DNA of 64,000 bases, taken from Methanobacteriota archaeon (GTDB lineage: Archaea; Thermoplasmatota; Thermoplasmata; RBG-16-68-12). Location: contig VBMA01000075.1 in NCBI GenBank assembly GCA_005878985.1, positions 12,120-76,119 on the forward strand, given 5' to 3'. Position 1 is the first letter of the stretch; each line of letters starts with the position of its first letter. Positions 1-9,518 of this stretch are shown here, piece after piece. The notes under the pieces were generated by a model that worked only from the letters and a program-made list of their open reading frames with translations, was not told the origin of the DNA and did no database searches. Position numbers and translations under genes: made by a program.

Positions 1-208
1 CGAGCGCCCATTCGGTCCGGTTCTGCGGCCACTTCGATCGGAAGACGACCGCGAGAAGCACGAGGACGATCGATGCGACCGCGAACCGCAGGGACGCGGA
101 CAAGAACGGCGGCGCGCCCTCGAGGCCGATTCGGATCGCGAGCCAGGTCGAGCCCCAGATGAGACACAGCATGGCGAATGCCGCGCTGCGCGTGGAACTC
201 GTAGCCAT
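1..208 (-). CDS. EamA/DMT-family transporter, N-terminal fragment; the gene runs off the window
   Basis: Reverse-strand translation from an ATG at ~208 gives MATSSTRSAAFAMLCLIWGSTWLAIRIGLEG..., a hydrophobic TM pattern like the two other EamA genes in this window. Confidence 0.4.
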   Translation of the reverse strand, partial: MATSSTRSAAFAMLCLIWGSTWLAIRIGLEGAPPFLSASLRFAVASIVLVLLAVVFRSKWPQNRTEWAL

Positions 209-300
209 CGGCCCGAGGATTGCGGCGGTCTGGTAAAGCGTTGGGGCCGTCCATGGCCATGTTTATAGGTGGCGCCGCACCTGTGCATCCGCCGGTTCCG

Positions 301-1557
301 ATGACGGGCCAGACGATGTCGGAGAAGGTCCTCGCGCGCGCCAGCCACGCCGAGTCCGTGCGCCCTGGCCAGATCATCGACGGGGACGTCGACCTGCTGT
401 ACATGCACGAGATGCTGGCCCTGGCCCTGCTGCCCTTCAACGAGATCGGCACGATGAAGGTCTGGGATCCCGAGAAGATCGTCGTCACGCTGGACCACTG
501 GGTCCCTCCGCCGACGCCGGAGATCGCGAAGATGCACCAGACGATCCGGGACTTCTGCCGGAAGCAAGGCATCCGGCGGTTCCACGACGTAGGCGACCAC
601 GGCATCGTTCACCAGCTGATCGCGGAACGCGGCTATGCGCATCCCTGGGACCTCGTCATCGGGAGCGACAGTCACACGAACATGGTCGGGGCGGTCGGGG
701 CGTTCGCGGCAGGGATCGGCGCGACGGACACGGCGGCCGTGATGGCGAAAGGCCAGCTCTGGCTCCGCGTACCCGAGACGATGCGCGTCGACATCCACGG
801 TACGCTCGGCGAACGCACGGGCGCGAAGGATGTCATCCTGAAGGTGATCGGCACGACGGGAGACGACGCGGCCCGGTACGCGGCCGTCGAGTTCACCGGT
901 CCGACCGTCGATGCGTTCCCGATGAACGAGCGGTTCGTGCTGTGCAACATGACGACCGAGATGGGGGCGAAGGTCGGGATGATCGCGGCGGACGACGTGA
1001 CGAAGGAGTACCTCGCCCACTCAGGTCACGAATTCGAGCCGATCCGGTCCGACGACGATGCGACGTTCCTGAGGACGTTCGCCTTCGATGTCGATGGGAT
1101 GGGCCCGCAGGTCGCATGTCCGTCGAATCCCGCGAATCTCAAGCCCGTCGAGGACGTCGCGGGGACGAAGATCGACGTCGCGTTCCTCGGCTCCTGTACG
1201 AACGCCCGGATCGAGGATCTTCGAATCGCCGCGGAGCTGCTGAGGGGCGAGAGGGTCGCCCCCGGCGTGCGCTTCCAGATTACGCCCGCATCGCAGATCA
1301 TCTACCGCCAGGCGCTCAAGGAGGGCCTCGTGGAAGTCTTCATGGACGCGGGGGCGACGTTCACCTCGTCCACGTGTGGCCCATGCTTTGGAGGCCACCT
1401 CGGCACCCTCGCGGGCGATGAGGTCTGCATCTCCTCGACGAATCGGAATTACCCCGGCCGAATGGGTTCGCCGACCGCGCAGGTGTATCTCGCGAGCCCG
1501 TGGACCGTGACCGCGTCGGCCATCCACGGGGAAATCACGGACCCGCGGAAGGTCTAG
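301..1557 (+). CDS. leuC: 3-isopropylmalate dehydratase large subunit (aconitase family)
   Basis: The track ORF 220..1557 carries aconitase-family motifs (SDSHT, CTNARIEDL, CGPCFG). A start at ATG 301 or 316 fits a ~418-aa LeuC. leuD follows immediately. Confidence 0.8.
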   Translation: MTGQTMSEKVLARASHAESVRPGQIIDGDVDLLYMHEMLALALLPFNEIGTMKVWDPEKIVVTLDHWVPPPTPEIAKMHQTIRDFCRKQGIRRFHDVGDHGIVHQLIAERGYAHPWDLVIGSDSHTNMVGAVGAFAAGIGATDTAAVMAKGQLWLRVPETMRVDIHGTLGERTGAKDVILKVIGTTGDDAARYAAVEFTGPTVDAFPMNERFVLCNMTTEMGAKVGMIAADDVTKEYLAHSGHEFEPIRSDDDATFLRTFAFDVDGMGPQVACPSNPANLKPVEDVAGTKIDVAFLGSCTNARIEDLRIAAELLRGERVAPGVRFQITPASQIIYRQALKEGLVEVFMDAGATFTSSTCGPCFGGHLGTLAGDEVCISSTNRNYPGRMGSPTAQVYLASPWTVTASAIHGEITDPRKV

Positions 1558-1562
1558 CCGTC

Positions 1563-2072
1563 ATGCAAACGCGATATCAGGGGCGCGCGTGGATATTCGG
1601 AGACGACATCTCGACGGATCACATCATCGCGGGCAAGTATCTTGGGACGACTGATTCGAGGGTGTTCGCGGAACACGCGTTCGAGGCCGTCGATCCGACA
1701 TGGGCGAAGAACGTCCGGCCCGGAGACCTGATCGTCGCGGGAGCGAACTTCGGCTGCGGTTCGAGCCGGGAGCAGGCACCGGTCGCCTTGAAGACCCTCG
1801 GCATCTCCGCGATCCTGGCGAACTCGTTCGCGCGCATCTTCTTCCGCAACGCGATTAACCTCGGCTTCCCGGTCGTCGAGTGCGCGGGCCTCCGCGACCG
1901 CGTGAAGTCCGGCGACGTCGTCGCGCTGGACCTCGCGGGCGGCGAGGTGCGGATTCCATCCGGTGAGACGTTCAAGTTCACGCCGCTCCCACCAAACGTG
2001 CTCGAGATCCTTGAGGCCGGCGGGCTCGTCCCGAAGTTACGGAAGGAACTCGGGACCAAATCGATGTCTTAG
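1563..2072 (+). CDS. leuD: 3-isopropylmalate dehydratase small subunit
   Basis: MQTRYQGRAWIFGDDISTDHIIAGKY..GCGSSREQAP is LeuD-like. ATG at 1563 lies in frame within track ORF 1500..2072. Confidence 0.8.
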   Translation: MQTRYQGRAWIFGDDISTDHIIAGKYLGTTDSRVFAEHAFEAVDPTWAKNVRPGDLIVAGANFGCGSSREQAPVALKTLGISAILANSFARIFFRNAINLGFPVVECAGLRDRVKSGDVVALDLAGGEVRIPSGETFKFTPLPPNVLEILEAGGLVPKLRKELGTKSMS

Positions 2073-2161
2073 AGTTCGTCGTCGAAGTCGGTCCACCAAG
2101 GATCCCGGCTGACTCGTCGCCGGAGAAACCTTAAGCCGCGCGCTCCGCATCGCTGCCCCGG

Positions 2162-3289
2162 ATGGCGTTCAAGATCGTCCTCCTCGCAGGGGACGGCGTC
2201 GGACCGGAGGTGATGCGGGAAGGCGTCAAGGTCCTCAAGGCCGTCGAGTCGGCATACGGCGTCTCGTTCGAACTCGTTCCGTTTCCGTGCGGTGGTCAGC
2301 ATTACCTCGACACCGGAGAGGAATGGCCCGACGGCGCATTCGAATCCTGCAAGGCCGCGGATGCGATTCTCCTCGGGGCGGTCGGGCTCCCCCAGGCGGT
2401 CCTGCCGAACGGAGACATTGCGGGCGTCGGCGTCGTGTTCGGATTACGGTTCGGCCTGGACCTGTACGCGAACGTGCGACCGACGAAACTCTACCCCAAC
2501 GTCCGGCACAAGATCCACGATGGGTTCAAGCTCGTGTGGGAACCGGGGAAAGTAGACTTCGTGATTGTCCGGGAGAACACGGAGGGGCTGTACACCCCGA
2601 CCCGCGGCTTCCTCGATCGGGGCGGGGTGAAGGAACTCGCGGTGGACAGCCGCGTCATCACGCGGAAGGGCGCCGAGCGGGTGATTCGATTCGCGTTCGA
2701 GCTGTCGAAGCTGCGCCGTGGCGCGCCGTCCGACGGGAAGCATCGCGTGACGTGCGTCGACAAGTCGAATGTTACCGCGGGATGCAAGCTCTTCCGCCAG
2801 GTGTACGACGAGGTCGCCACCCGGTACCCGACGGTCCTCAAGGACTATGCCTACATCGACGCGTTCCAGCAGTGGCTCATTCGCTCCCCGGAGGTCTACG
2901 ACGTTGCAGTCACGTCGAACGTGTTCGGCGACATCGCGACGGACTTAGCGGCGGTCCTGCAAGGGGGCATGGGCATGGCCGCCGGCGGGAACATCGGAGA
3001 CGAGCATGCGATGTTCGAGCCGATCCACGGGAGTGCGCCGAAGCACGCAGGCAAGGACGAAGTCAACCCGACCGCGATGATCCTGGCGGTCCAGATGATG
3101 CTCGACTGGCTCGGCCGACGGAAGGGAGAGAAGGCATTGCGGGAGGCAGCGACCGCGGTCGAACAAGCCGTTGAGTCCACGCTGAAAAAGGGCACGATTC
3201 TCACGTACGATCTCGGCGGTACCGCGAAGTGCAGCGAGGCGGGAACGGTCATCGCCTCCGCGGTCGCCAGACCGCGAAAGAAGTCATGA
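2162..3289 (+). CDS. leuB: 3-isopropylmalate dehydrogenase (beta-decarboxylating dehydrogenase family)
   Basis: MAFKIVLLAGDGVGPEV... with NLFGDI-like motifs; sits next to leuCD. Confidence 0.7.
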   Translation: MAFKIVLLAGDGVGPEVMREGVKVLKAVESAYGVSFELVPFPCGGQHYLDTGEEWPDGAFESCKAADAILLGAVGLPQAVLPNGDIAGVGVVFGLRFGLDLYANVRPTKLYPNVRHKIHDGFKLVWEPGKVDFVIVRENTEGLYTPTRGFLDRGGVKELAVDSRVITRKGAERVIRFAFELSKLRRGAPSDGKHRVTCVDKSNVTAGCKLFRQVYDEVATRYPTVLKDYAYIDAFQQWLIRSPEVYDVAVTSNVFGDIATDLAAVLQGGMGMAAGGNIGDEHAMFEPIHGSAPKHAGKDEVNPTAMILAVQMMLDWLGRRKGEKALREAATAVEQAVESTLKKGTILTYDLGGTAKCSEAGTVIASAVARPRKKS

Positions 3290-3306
3290 CGTGAGCGACG
3301 GGTTCG

Positions 3307-4068
3307 TCAACGCTCGCGCCACTGGTACAGCCACCACGCCAGGGCCAGCCCGATGGCCGTTGAGAGGATGAGCAGACCCGCATCGATCGCGAGACTCGTC
3401 GCGGTGGCCGGTTCGAGTCCCAGGCTCCCTTGGACGAGCAGCGCCGCGTAGGTCGCCGGAAGGAGCTGAGCCAGTTCCCGCCACACGGGCGGGAGTCGAG
3501 ATAGCGGGTAGTACAGGGGCGACAGAATCCCGAGGAGTGTGAAGATCAGGTTCCCGACCGGCCAAACCTCTCGCTGGCTGCGCAGCCGGCTGGACACCGC
3601 AATCCCAATTGCCGAGTAGAGGACCCAGATGATCAGGATGCATGCGACGATCACCAGCCACGCCGTCAAGGAAACCGACGTGACCATCGCGAGGATGATC
3701 CCGAGCGCCACGAGCGCGGGGAGGGCGGGGATGATGTTCGAGAATGCGACGCCGAACAAGTACCGGACCTTGTCGTGAGGAGACGCCACGAAAATGTCCT
3801 GAAGACGCAGTTCGATCCGGAAGACCGCGGAGTCGGAGAGGCACCAGCTTCCGATGTTCTGGGTCGAGAAGATCATCGCACCGGCCACCTGGAGAGGGAA
3901 GTACGAGGGGTCCGAGATCAGGTGCAGGAAGTAGAGGAAGAAGAACGGCTGTAGGAGCGGGACGATCGCGGCGGCCGGGCTCCGCCAGATCCACCGCCAG
4001 CCGATGAGGCCCCACGCCGCGAGCACGTGGCCTTTCTGCGGTTGCGCAGCCAAGTTGACTTCGACGGC
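3307..4068 (-). CDS. ABC-2 type exporter permease
   Basis: Multi-TM hydrophobic protein. The likely start is the internal Met (MAVEVNLAAQ...) just downstream of the upstream permease stop. Confidence 0.65.
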   Translation of the reverse strand, partial: AVEVNLAAQPQKGHVLAAWGLIGWRWIWRSPAAAIVPLLQPFFFLYFLHLISDPSYFPLQVAGAMIFSTQNIGSWCLSDSAVFRIELRLQDIFVASPHDKVRYLFGVAFSNIIPALPALVALGIILAMVTSVSLTAWLVIVACILIIWVLYSAIGIAVSSRLRSQREVWPVGNLIFTLLGILSPLYYPLSRLPPVWRELAQLLPATYAALLVQGSLGLEPATATSLAIDAGLLILSTAIGLALAWWLYQWRER

Positions 4069-4073
4069 CATGG

Positions 4074-4820
4074 TCAGCGCTCCCGGGCCATCCTCCGGGC
4101 CCAGTAGATTCCGAAGACGAACATCGCGACGGATTCCACCGCCAAAGCGGCCGCCGCGAGGATTGCCTCGTTGCCGCTGATCGTCTCGAGACCGGCCACA
4201 CTGTTGACGAGCACCGCGGCCCCGCTCGTCGGGAGGAGCAGGACGAGTGACCGCCACTCGGTCGGGACGAACCGGATTGGATAGAACACGGGTGGCACGA
4301 TGCCGAAGAGATTCGTCAGCAGGGCCGAGTACGGCCAGATCGTCTTCATGTCTTTGAAGAGCGTCGATACGACGTAGCCAATCGTCGACGACACGGCCCA
4401 CACCGCCAGGAGGCAGGCTGCGAGGACCAGCCACGCGACGAAGGACAGCGGATGAAGGATCTCCAGGATCGCCAGGACGAACAGGCTCGGAGGCAGGTAC
4501 GCGACGAGCATCCCTCCTGCGATGCCGACGAAATACGCCTCGGGCGAGAGCGGGCTCGCATGGTAGAGCTCGTTCAACTTGTGGTCGATCCGGATGTACG
4601 CGGCCTCATTCAGGACTCGTTGTCCGATGAGAAACATCGAGTAAACGAGCGAGCCGATGAGCGTCACCGCGATCAGTTCGGGCGCGAGGATCGCCACGAA
4701 GATCAACAAGGCGCCCGGCGTCAGCGTCCCTGTGACGATCGCGAGCCACTCATGGAACTGGACCCGGATCTCCGTCGCGAGGAAGACGCCGGTGCCGCCC
4801 CATCGGAGTCCGAAGGCCAT
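4074..4820 (-). CDS. ABC-2 type exporter permease
   Basis: Six predicted TM helices; tightly spaced with the adjacent ATPase and permease. Confidence 0.7.
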   Translation of the reverse strand: MAFGLRWGGTGVFLATEIRVQFHEWLAIVTGTLTPGALLIFVAILAPELIAVTLIGSLVYSMFLIGQRVLNEAAYIRIDHKLNELYHASPLSPEAYFVGIAGGMLVAYLPPSLFVLAILEILHPLSFVAWLVLAACLLAVWAVSSTIGYVVSTLFKDMKTIWPYSALLTNLFGIVPPVFYPIRFVPTEWRSLVLLLPTSGAAVLVNSVAGLETISGNEAILAAAALAVESVAMFVFGIYWARRMARER

Positions 4821-4824
4821 TCGA

Positions 4825-5763
4825 TCACTCCGCGTCGATCGAGCGACCGACGATCGTGAGGAACGCTTCCTCCAGCGTCACGGGCCCGACCGTGGCGGAC
4901 AGGTGTTCGCGCAGCGCGACGTCCATGATCTCGTGGATTCGCCCCGGTTCCGTGATCACGTGAAGTGCGTTCCCCTCTTCGACGCTCTGGCCGAACGAGG
5001 CGAATTGCTCCCGATGGTTTCCGCCGTTCTCGATCGAGACGCGCAACGTCCCGCCGATCTGCCGCTTCGCCCCTTCCGCGGTGCCTTCGAAAAGGATCGC
5101 GCCCTCCTCGACGATGTACAGCCGTTCAGAGAGCGCCTCGGCTTCGTCGAGGTAATGCGTCGTCAGGAGGACCGTGCACCCCTTTCGCGTGAGGTCCCGC
5201 AGGACGTCCCATACGGCGCGCCGGGCGAACGGGTCGAGTCCGATCGTCGGCTCGTCCAGGAACAGGAGGGGAGCCTCCGTCGCCATGACCGTGGCGACCA
5301 TCGCTCGCTGCTTCTGCCCGCCTGACAACGTCACCGAAAGCCGATCCGCCACCTCGTCAAGGCCCATTTTCTCCAGTGAGGCCTCGGTCCGCGCCTTCGC
5401 CTCTTCGCGCGGCAGCCCGCGTGCGCGAAGATAGCAGTACACCTGCTCCCGCGGCGTGAGGTGGAAGAACGGCTTCCCCTCCTGGGGCACGACGGCGATG
5501 AGGGGCCTGACCGCTTCCGGCGTGCTCACGACATCGTGGCCGAACACCTCGATCTGTCCGGACGTCGGAATGAGGAGGGTCGAAGCAATCCGAAGGAACG
5601 TCGTCTTGCCGGCACCGTTGCGACCGAGCAGTGCGACTCGTTCGCCCCGGCGAAGGGCGAGGGAGACGCCTCGCAAAGCCTCCACGTCGGGCGAGCCCCG
5701 ACCGCGGTACACCTTGCGCACATCGAGGGCGCGGAGCGCCTCCGGGGACACGAGCCGGAGCAA
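4825..5763 (-). CDS. ABC transporter ATP-binding protein
   Basis: Walker A GRNGAGKTT, the LSGGQKQR signature motif and Walker B LLFLDEPT. Confidence 0.85.
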   Translation of the reverse strand: MLRLVSPEALRALDVRKVYRGRGSPDVEALRGVSLALRRGERVALLGRNGAGKTTFLRIASTLLIPTSGQIEVFGHDVVSTPEAVRPLIAVVPQEGKPFFHLTPREQVYCYLRARGLPREEAKARTEASLEKMGLDEVADRLSVTLSGGQKQRAMVATVMATEAPLLFLDEPTIGLDPFARRAVWDVLRDLTRKGCTVLLTTHYLDEAEALSERLYIVEEGAILFEGTAEGAKRQIGGTLRVSIENGGNHREQFASFGQSVEEGNALHVITEPGRIHEIMDVALREHLSATVGPVTLEEAFLTIVGRSIDAE

Positions 5764-5793
5764 GCGGACGGTGCGTATAAAACTAGATTCCGC

Positions 5794-6264
5794 TCAGTTC
5801 GATTCCTCGAAGCCGGGATGCTCGCCCTTCTCGAACATCGCAAACGCGGCCTGGCGCTTGGCCTCTTTCTCGGCCTCGCTCATCTTGACGACCGTCGCAA
5901 CCGACCAGATATGACCGAACGGATCCTGGAGCTTCCCGTAGCGCTCCCCCCAGAACTGGTTCTCGAGCGGCATCGAGGCGGTCGCACCCGCGGCGATGGC
6001 CCGGTTCCAGAGCGTGTCGACGTCTTTCGTGTACACGTGCAGATTGAAGGTCGTCCCCCCGGCCGAGTTGGGCGACTTCGTGTCGCTACCCGGGAACTCG
6101 TCCGACATCATCACGAGCGAGTCGCCGATCTTGATCATCGCGTGCATCAGCGTGCCGTCCGGCATCCCTTGACGGGTGATCTCCTTCGCGCCGAACGCTT
6201 TCTTGTAGAACTCGATCGCCTTCGCGGCCCCTTTGATCACGAGGTACGGCGTGACGGTTCGCAT
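5794..6264 (-). CDS. VOC/glyoxalase-family protein (PhnB-like)
   Basis: MRTVTPYLVIKGAAKAIEFYKKAFGAKE... matches the PhnB/glyoxalase fold. The track ORF extends to 6357 with a K/R-rich 31-aa leader; the start is ambiguous. Confidence 0.55.
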   Translation of the reverse strand: MRTVTPYLVIKGAAKAIEFYKKAFGAKEITRQGMPDGTLMHAMIKIGDSLVMMSDEFPGSDTKSPNSAGGTTFNLHVYTKDVDTLWNRAIAAGATASMPLENQFWGERYGKLQDPFGHIWSVATVVKMSEAEKEAKRQAAFAMFEKGEHPGFEESN

Positions 6265-6423
6265 CCCCGGTGGGATCGGGGCGACCCGTGCCGTGGTCGT
6301 TCGAGTTCTCGCGGATGCCTTCTTGTTCTTCCTTGCTTTCGTTGCTTTGCGGGCCATGGGGATTCCCCCGCCGCGCTATCGCCCGCGGCCGGATAAGGCT
6401 GCTGTCTGAATTTCGATGGACTC

Positions 6424-6969
6424 CTAGCCCTGCAGCCAGAGACCCATGAGAACCTCGTCCTCGTAGCCGCCGCGAATAAGGAGGTGGCGGCGACTGATGC
6501 CCTCGCTCTCGAAGCCGAGGGATTCGTACAAGCGACGCGCCCTCCCGTTCGAGCCGAAGACCGAGAGTTCGGCCTTCTTAAAACCGCGAGCCCGCATCCA
6601 CTCGAGGATCCGCTCCATTAGGATGCGCCCGAGGCCGACCTCCCGCCACCCGTCGCGGATCGCGATTCCGATCCCTCCGACGTGACGGGTCTTCGCGTAC
6701 CGCCCGCCGTGGCAGTCCGCCGAGCCGATCGACTCTCCGTCCGCGTCGGCGACGAAGAGGACCGTCCGCACGCCGTCGAACGTCCCGAGCCACTGTCGCT
6801 CCTCGTCGAGGTTCGGGCCGACCTCGTCGATGAGGATGTAGACCTCCTCGCGCCCGATGAGATTCACGTTCCGCAGGAGCGACTCCGCGTCGCGGAGACG
6901 GGCCGGCCGCACGACGACCTTCCGACCGTCCTTGAGGGTGACCTTTTCGGCCCGCATCGGGTCGGCCAT
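6424..6969 (-). CDS. GNAT N-acetyltransferase
   Basis: GNAT motifs (FGSNGRARRLYESLGF); the start is probably MADPMRAEKV. Confidence 0.6.
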   Translation of the reverse strand: MADPMRAEKVTLKDGRKVVVRPARLRDAESLLRNVNLIGREEVYILIDEVGPNLDEERQWLGTFDGVRTVLFVADADGESIGSADCHGGRYAKTRHVGGIGIAIRDGWREVGLGRILMERILEWMRARGFKKAELSVFGSNGRARRLYESLGFESEGISRRHLLIRGGYEDEVLMGLWLQG

Positions 6970-6973
6970 GGCG

Positions 6974-8146
6974 TCACAGCGGGAACTTGTCGAGCGTCTC
7001 CGGTCGGCGGCGCTCGCCGCTCGCGAGGAAGGCATCCATCTGCTCCTTTAGCTGGGGCGTCAGCTCCGCGTAGACGTCGGTGAAGAGGGTCTCGATCGGA
7101 GGCGGCGGGCTTCGCTCGACCTCCTTGATCGTCGCCTGCAGGAGTTCTTCGAGCTCGACCCGGAGTTTGTCTTCGGAGTCCTTCGACCACAGTCCCTTGA
7201 GCTCGAGGTACTTCCGCACCCGTTCGATCGGATCGCGCTTCGCCCAGGTGTCGACTTCGTCCTTCGAGCGATAGCGCGTCGGATCATCGCTCGATGAGTG
7301 CGGCCCCATGCGGTATGTGACCGCCTCGATCATCGTCGGGCCGCCCCCGCTCCGGGCTTTGTCCGCGGCTGCCTTCGTGACCGCGTACACCGCGAGGAGA
7401 TCGTTGCCGTCGACGCGGACGCCGTCGAAGCCGTACGCAAAGGCCTTCTGTGCAAGGGTCTTCGAGGCCGTTTGCTTGGAGACTGGGACGGAGATCGCCC
7501 ACTGGTTGTTCTTGCAGAAGAAGATCGTCGGGGTCTTGAAGACCCCCGCGAAGTTCATCCCGGCGTGGAAGTCGCCCTCGCTCGTAGCGCCGTCGCCGAA
7601 GTACGTGAGCGTGACGATGTCCTCCTTGCGGATCTTCGCGGCCCACGCCACGCCGACCGCCTGCGGAATCTGCGTCCCCACCGGGCTGGAGACCGGCACA
7701 TAATTGATATCGCGGGCCCCGTAGTGGTTCGGCATCTGCCGGCCTTGCTGCGGATCCTTCGCGTTGCCGTACGCCTGGGCGATCAGCGTCGCCACGGAGA
7801 AGCCGCGCCACAGAGCGGCCCCCGGCTCTCGATACGCCGGGAACACCCAGTCCCGCTTCTCGAGGGCCATCGCGCTGCCCACCTGGGCCGCCTCCTCCCC
7901 GGTGCTTGGAACGTAGAATCCGATCCGCCCTTGGCGCTGGAGGGAGAGCATCCGGTTGTCCAGCGTGCGGACGAGGACGAGGTGTCGGTATGCGCGCTTC
8001 AGGAGGTCCGGGGCGACCCGCGGCTCGAGCTTTGAATCGTACGTGCCATCGGCGTCGATGATCCGGAGAAGTCCCTCTTCCGCCGTGCCATCACCCCGCC
8101 GGAACCCGCTTGGGCTCCCGAAGGACCTTCTCCAAGAAGAATTCAC
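6974..8146 (-). CDS. 2-oxoacid dehydrogenase E1 component alpha subunit (TPP-dependent), paralog 1
   Basis: RMLSLQRQGRIGFYVPSTGEEA... with the TPP motif GDGATSEGDFHAGMNFA; ~55% identical to the second E1-alpha at 19342..20415. GTG start overlaps the lipA 3' end. Confidence 0.75.
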   Translation of the reverse strand: MNSSWRRSFGSPSGFRRGDGTAEEGLLRIIDADGTYDSKLEPRVAPDLLKRAYRHLVLVRTLDNRMLSLQRQGRIGFYVPSTGEEAAQVGSAMALEKRDWVFPAYREPGAALWRGFSVATLIAQAYGNAKDPQQGRQMPNHYGARDINYVPVSSPVGTQIPQAVGVAWAAKIRKEDIVTLTYFGDGATSEGDFHAGMNFAGVFKTPTIFFCKNNQWAISVPVSKQTASKTLAQKAFAYGFDGVRVDGNDLLAVYAVTKAAADKARSGGGPTMIEAVTYRMGPHSSSDDPTRYRSKDEVDTWAKRDPIERVRKYLELKGLWSKDSEDKLRVELEELLQATIKEVERSPPPPIETLFTDVYAELTPQLKEQMDAFLASGERRRPETLDKFPL

Positions 8147-8987
8147 CGGCGCGATACGACGACCGCACGAGCGGTCCCGCGGCGACGTAGGCGAAGCCCA
8201 TCGATTCGCCGGCCAGGCGGAGCTCCTCGAACACCTCCGGGGGCACGTATTCCTGGACGGCGAGGTGCCAGTTGCTCGGGCGAAGGTACTGGCCCACGGT
8301 CACGATGTCCACCCCGTTCGTGCGGAGGTCTTGCATTGCCGCAATCACTTCACCTCGCGTTTCGCCGAGGCCGAGCATGATCGAGGACTTCGTGAACAGA
8401 TCGGGTCGCGTCTCCTTGGCGCCGCGCAGCACCTTCAGGCTCTGCGCGTAACCGGCGCGTCGGTCCCGGACCGTGCCTTGCAACCGCTCGACCGTCTCGA
8501 TGTTGTGATCGAGGACATCGACGCCAGAATCGACGACCATTCGGACCGCGTCGAGGTCGCCCTGAAAGTCGGGGATAAGGGCCTCGACGAGCATGTCCGG
8601 ACGTCGGGCCTTGATCTCGCGGACCGTCTTTGCGAAGTGTCCCGCGCCGCCGTCCGCGAGATCGTCGCGGTCCACGGAGGTCAGGACCACGTAGGTGAGG
8701 TCCATCTCGGCCAGGGCCATGGCGACCTTCTTCGGTTCATCGAGGTCGAGCACGCCGTGGGGGTTGCCGGACGTCACGGCGCAGAAACGGCAGCCTCGCG
8801 TACACGTGTCGCCCATCAGCATGATCGTCGCGGTGCCGCCGCCCCAGCACTCCCAGACGTTCGGGCAATGGGCCTCCTCGCACACGGTGTGAAGGTCCAG
8901 CGACCGGAACAAGGTCTTCAGGTGGGCGTAGTTCTCGCCGGACGGCGGGCGGACCCGGAGCCACTCCGGCTTGCGCTCCGCGAGCAT
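8091..8987 (-). CDS. lipA: lipoyl synthase
   Basis: CEEAHCPNVWECW and the radical-SAM CTRGCRFC motif. Confidence 0.85.
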   Translation of the reverse strand: MLAERKPEWLRVRPPSGENYAHLKTLFRSLDLHTVCEEAHCPNVWECWGGGTATIMLMGDTCTRGCRFCAVTSGNPHGVLDLDEPKKVAMALAEMDLTYVVLTSVDRDDLADGGAGHFAKTVREIKARRPDMLVEALIPDFQGDLDAVRMVVDSGVDVLDHNIETVERLQGTVRDRRAGYAQSLKVLRGAKETRPDLFTKSSIMLGLGETRGEVIAAMQDLRTNGVDIVTVGQYLRPSNWHLAVQEYVPPEVFEELRLAGESMGFAYVAAGPLVRSSYRAGEFFLEKVLREPKRVPAG

Positions 8988-9050
8988 TGTACGATTGCTA
9001 AGGTCGACCTCGTTTAAGAGCCTAACCCACGTCGGAGTGCGCGGGCGCGA

Positions 9051-9365
9051 TCATCCAAAACGGAACTCGACTCCGTAGGACCCTCGAGGGTAACTCCAAC
9101 GGATCGCGTCTTTCCCGAGGTGCTTGCACACGATGGCACACGCCCCGAGTTCGATGCATCCTTCCGTGTTGTAGACCAACTCGCTTTTCTCGAGGCGGTA
9201 GACCTTAGACGGGCAAACGTAGAGGCAGGGTTTCGTATCGCACGTTCGGCACACGTCTGTGTCGACCGTGATGAACGGTTCCTCGTCGAACTCGAACTTG
9301 TCCAGGCCGACCCGCTCGTCCACGCTGAGGGGTTTCGACGCGTCGGGCTTCGGCGGTTCGGGCAT
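9051..9365 (-). CDS. fixX: ferredoxin-like protein FixX
   Basis: Small 4Fe-4S ferredoxin-like protein (CRTCDTKPCLYVCP ... CIELGACAIVC) next to fixC/etfAB. The start is probably the internal Met MPEPPKPD. Confidence 0.65.
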   Translation of the reverse strand: MPEPPKPDASKPLSVDERVGLDKFEFDEEPFITVDTDVCRTCDTKPCLYVCPSKVYRLEKSELVYNTEGCIELGACAIVCKHLGKDAIRWSYPRGSYGVEFRFG

Positions 9366-9518
9366 CGCTCGGCATCGAGAACCGGGGACGGATAATAAAC
9401 CGTCGGTGACCATGCCACGTTATCAGGAGAGGCACTCAGGTGGAAACGTTCTATAGGAATTCTTCCGCATCGGTGGCCGTCCGCTGGCCTTGGGCCGGAG
9501 GACGCAGGGATAGCTTCG

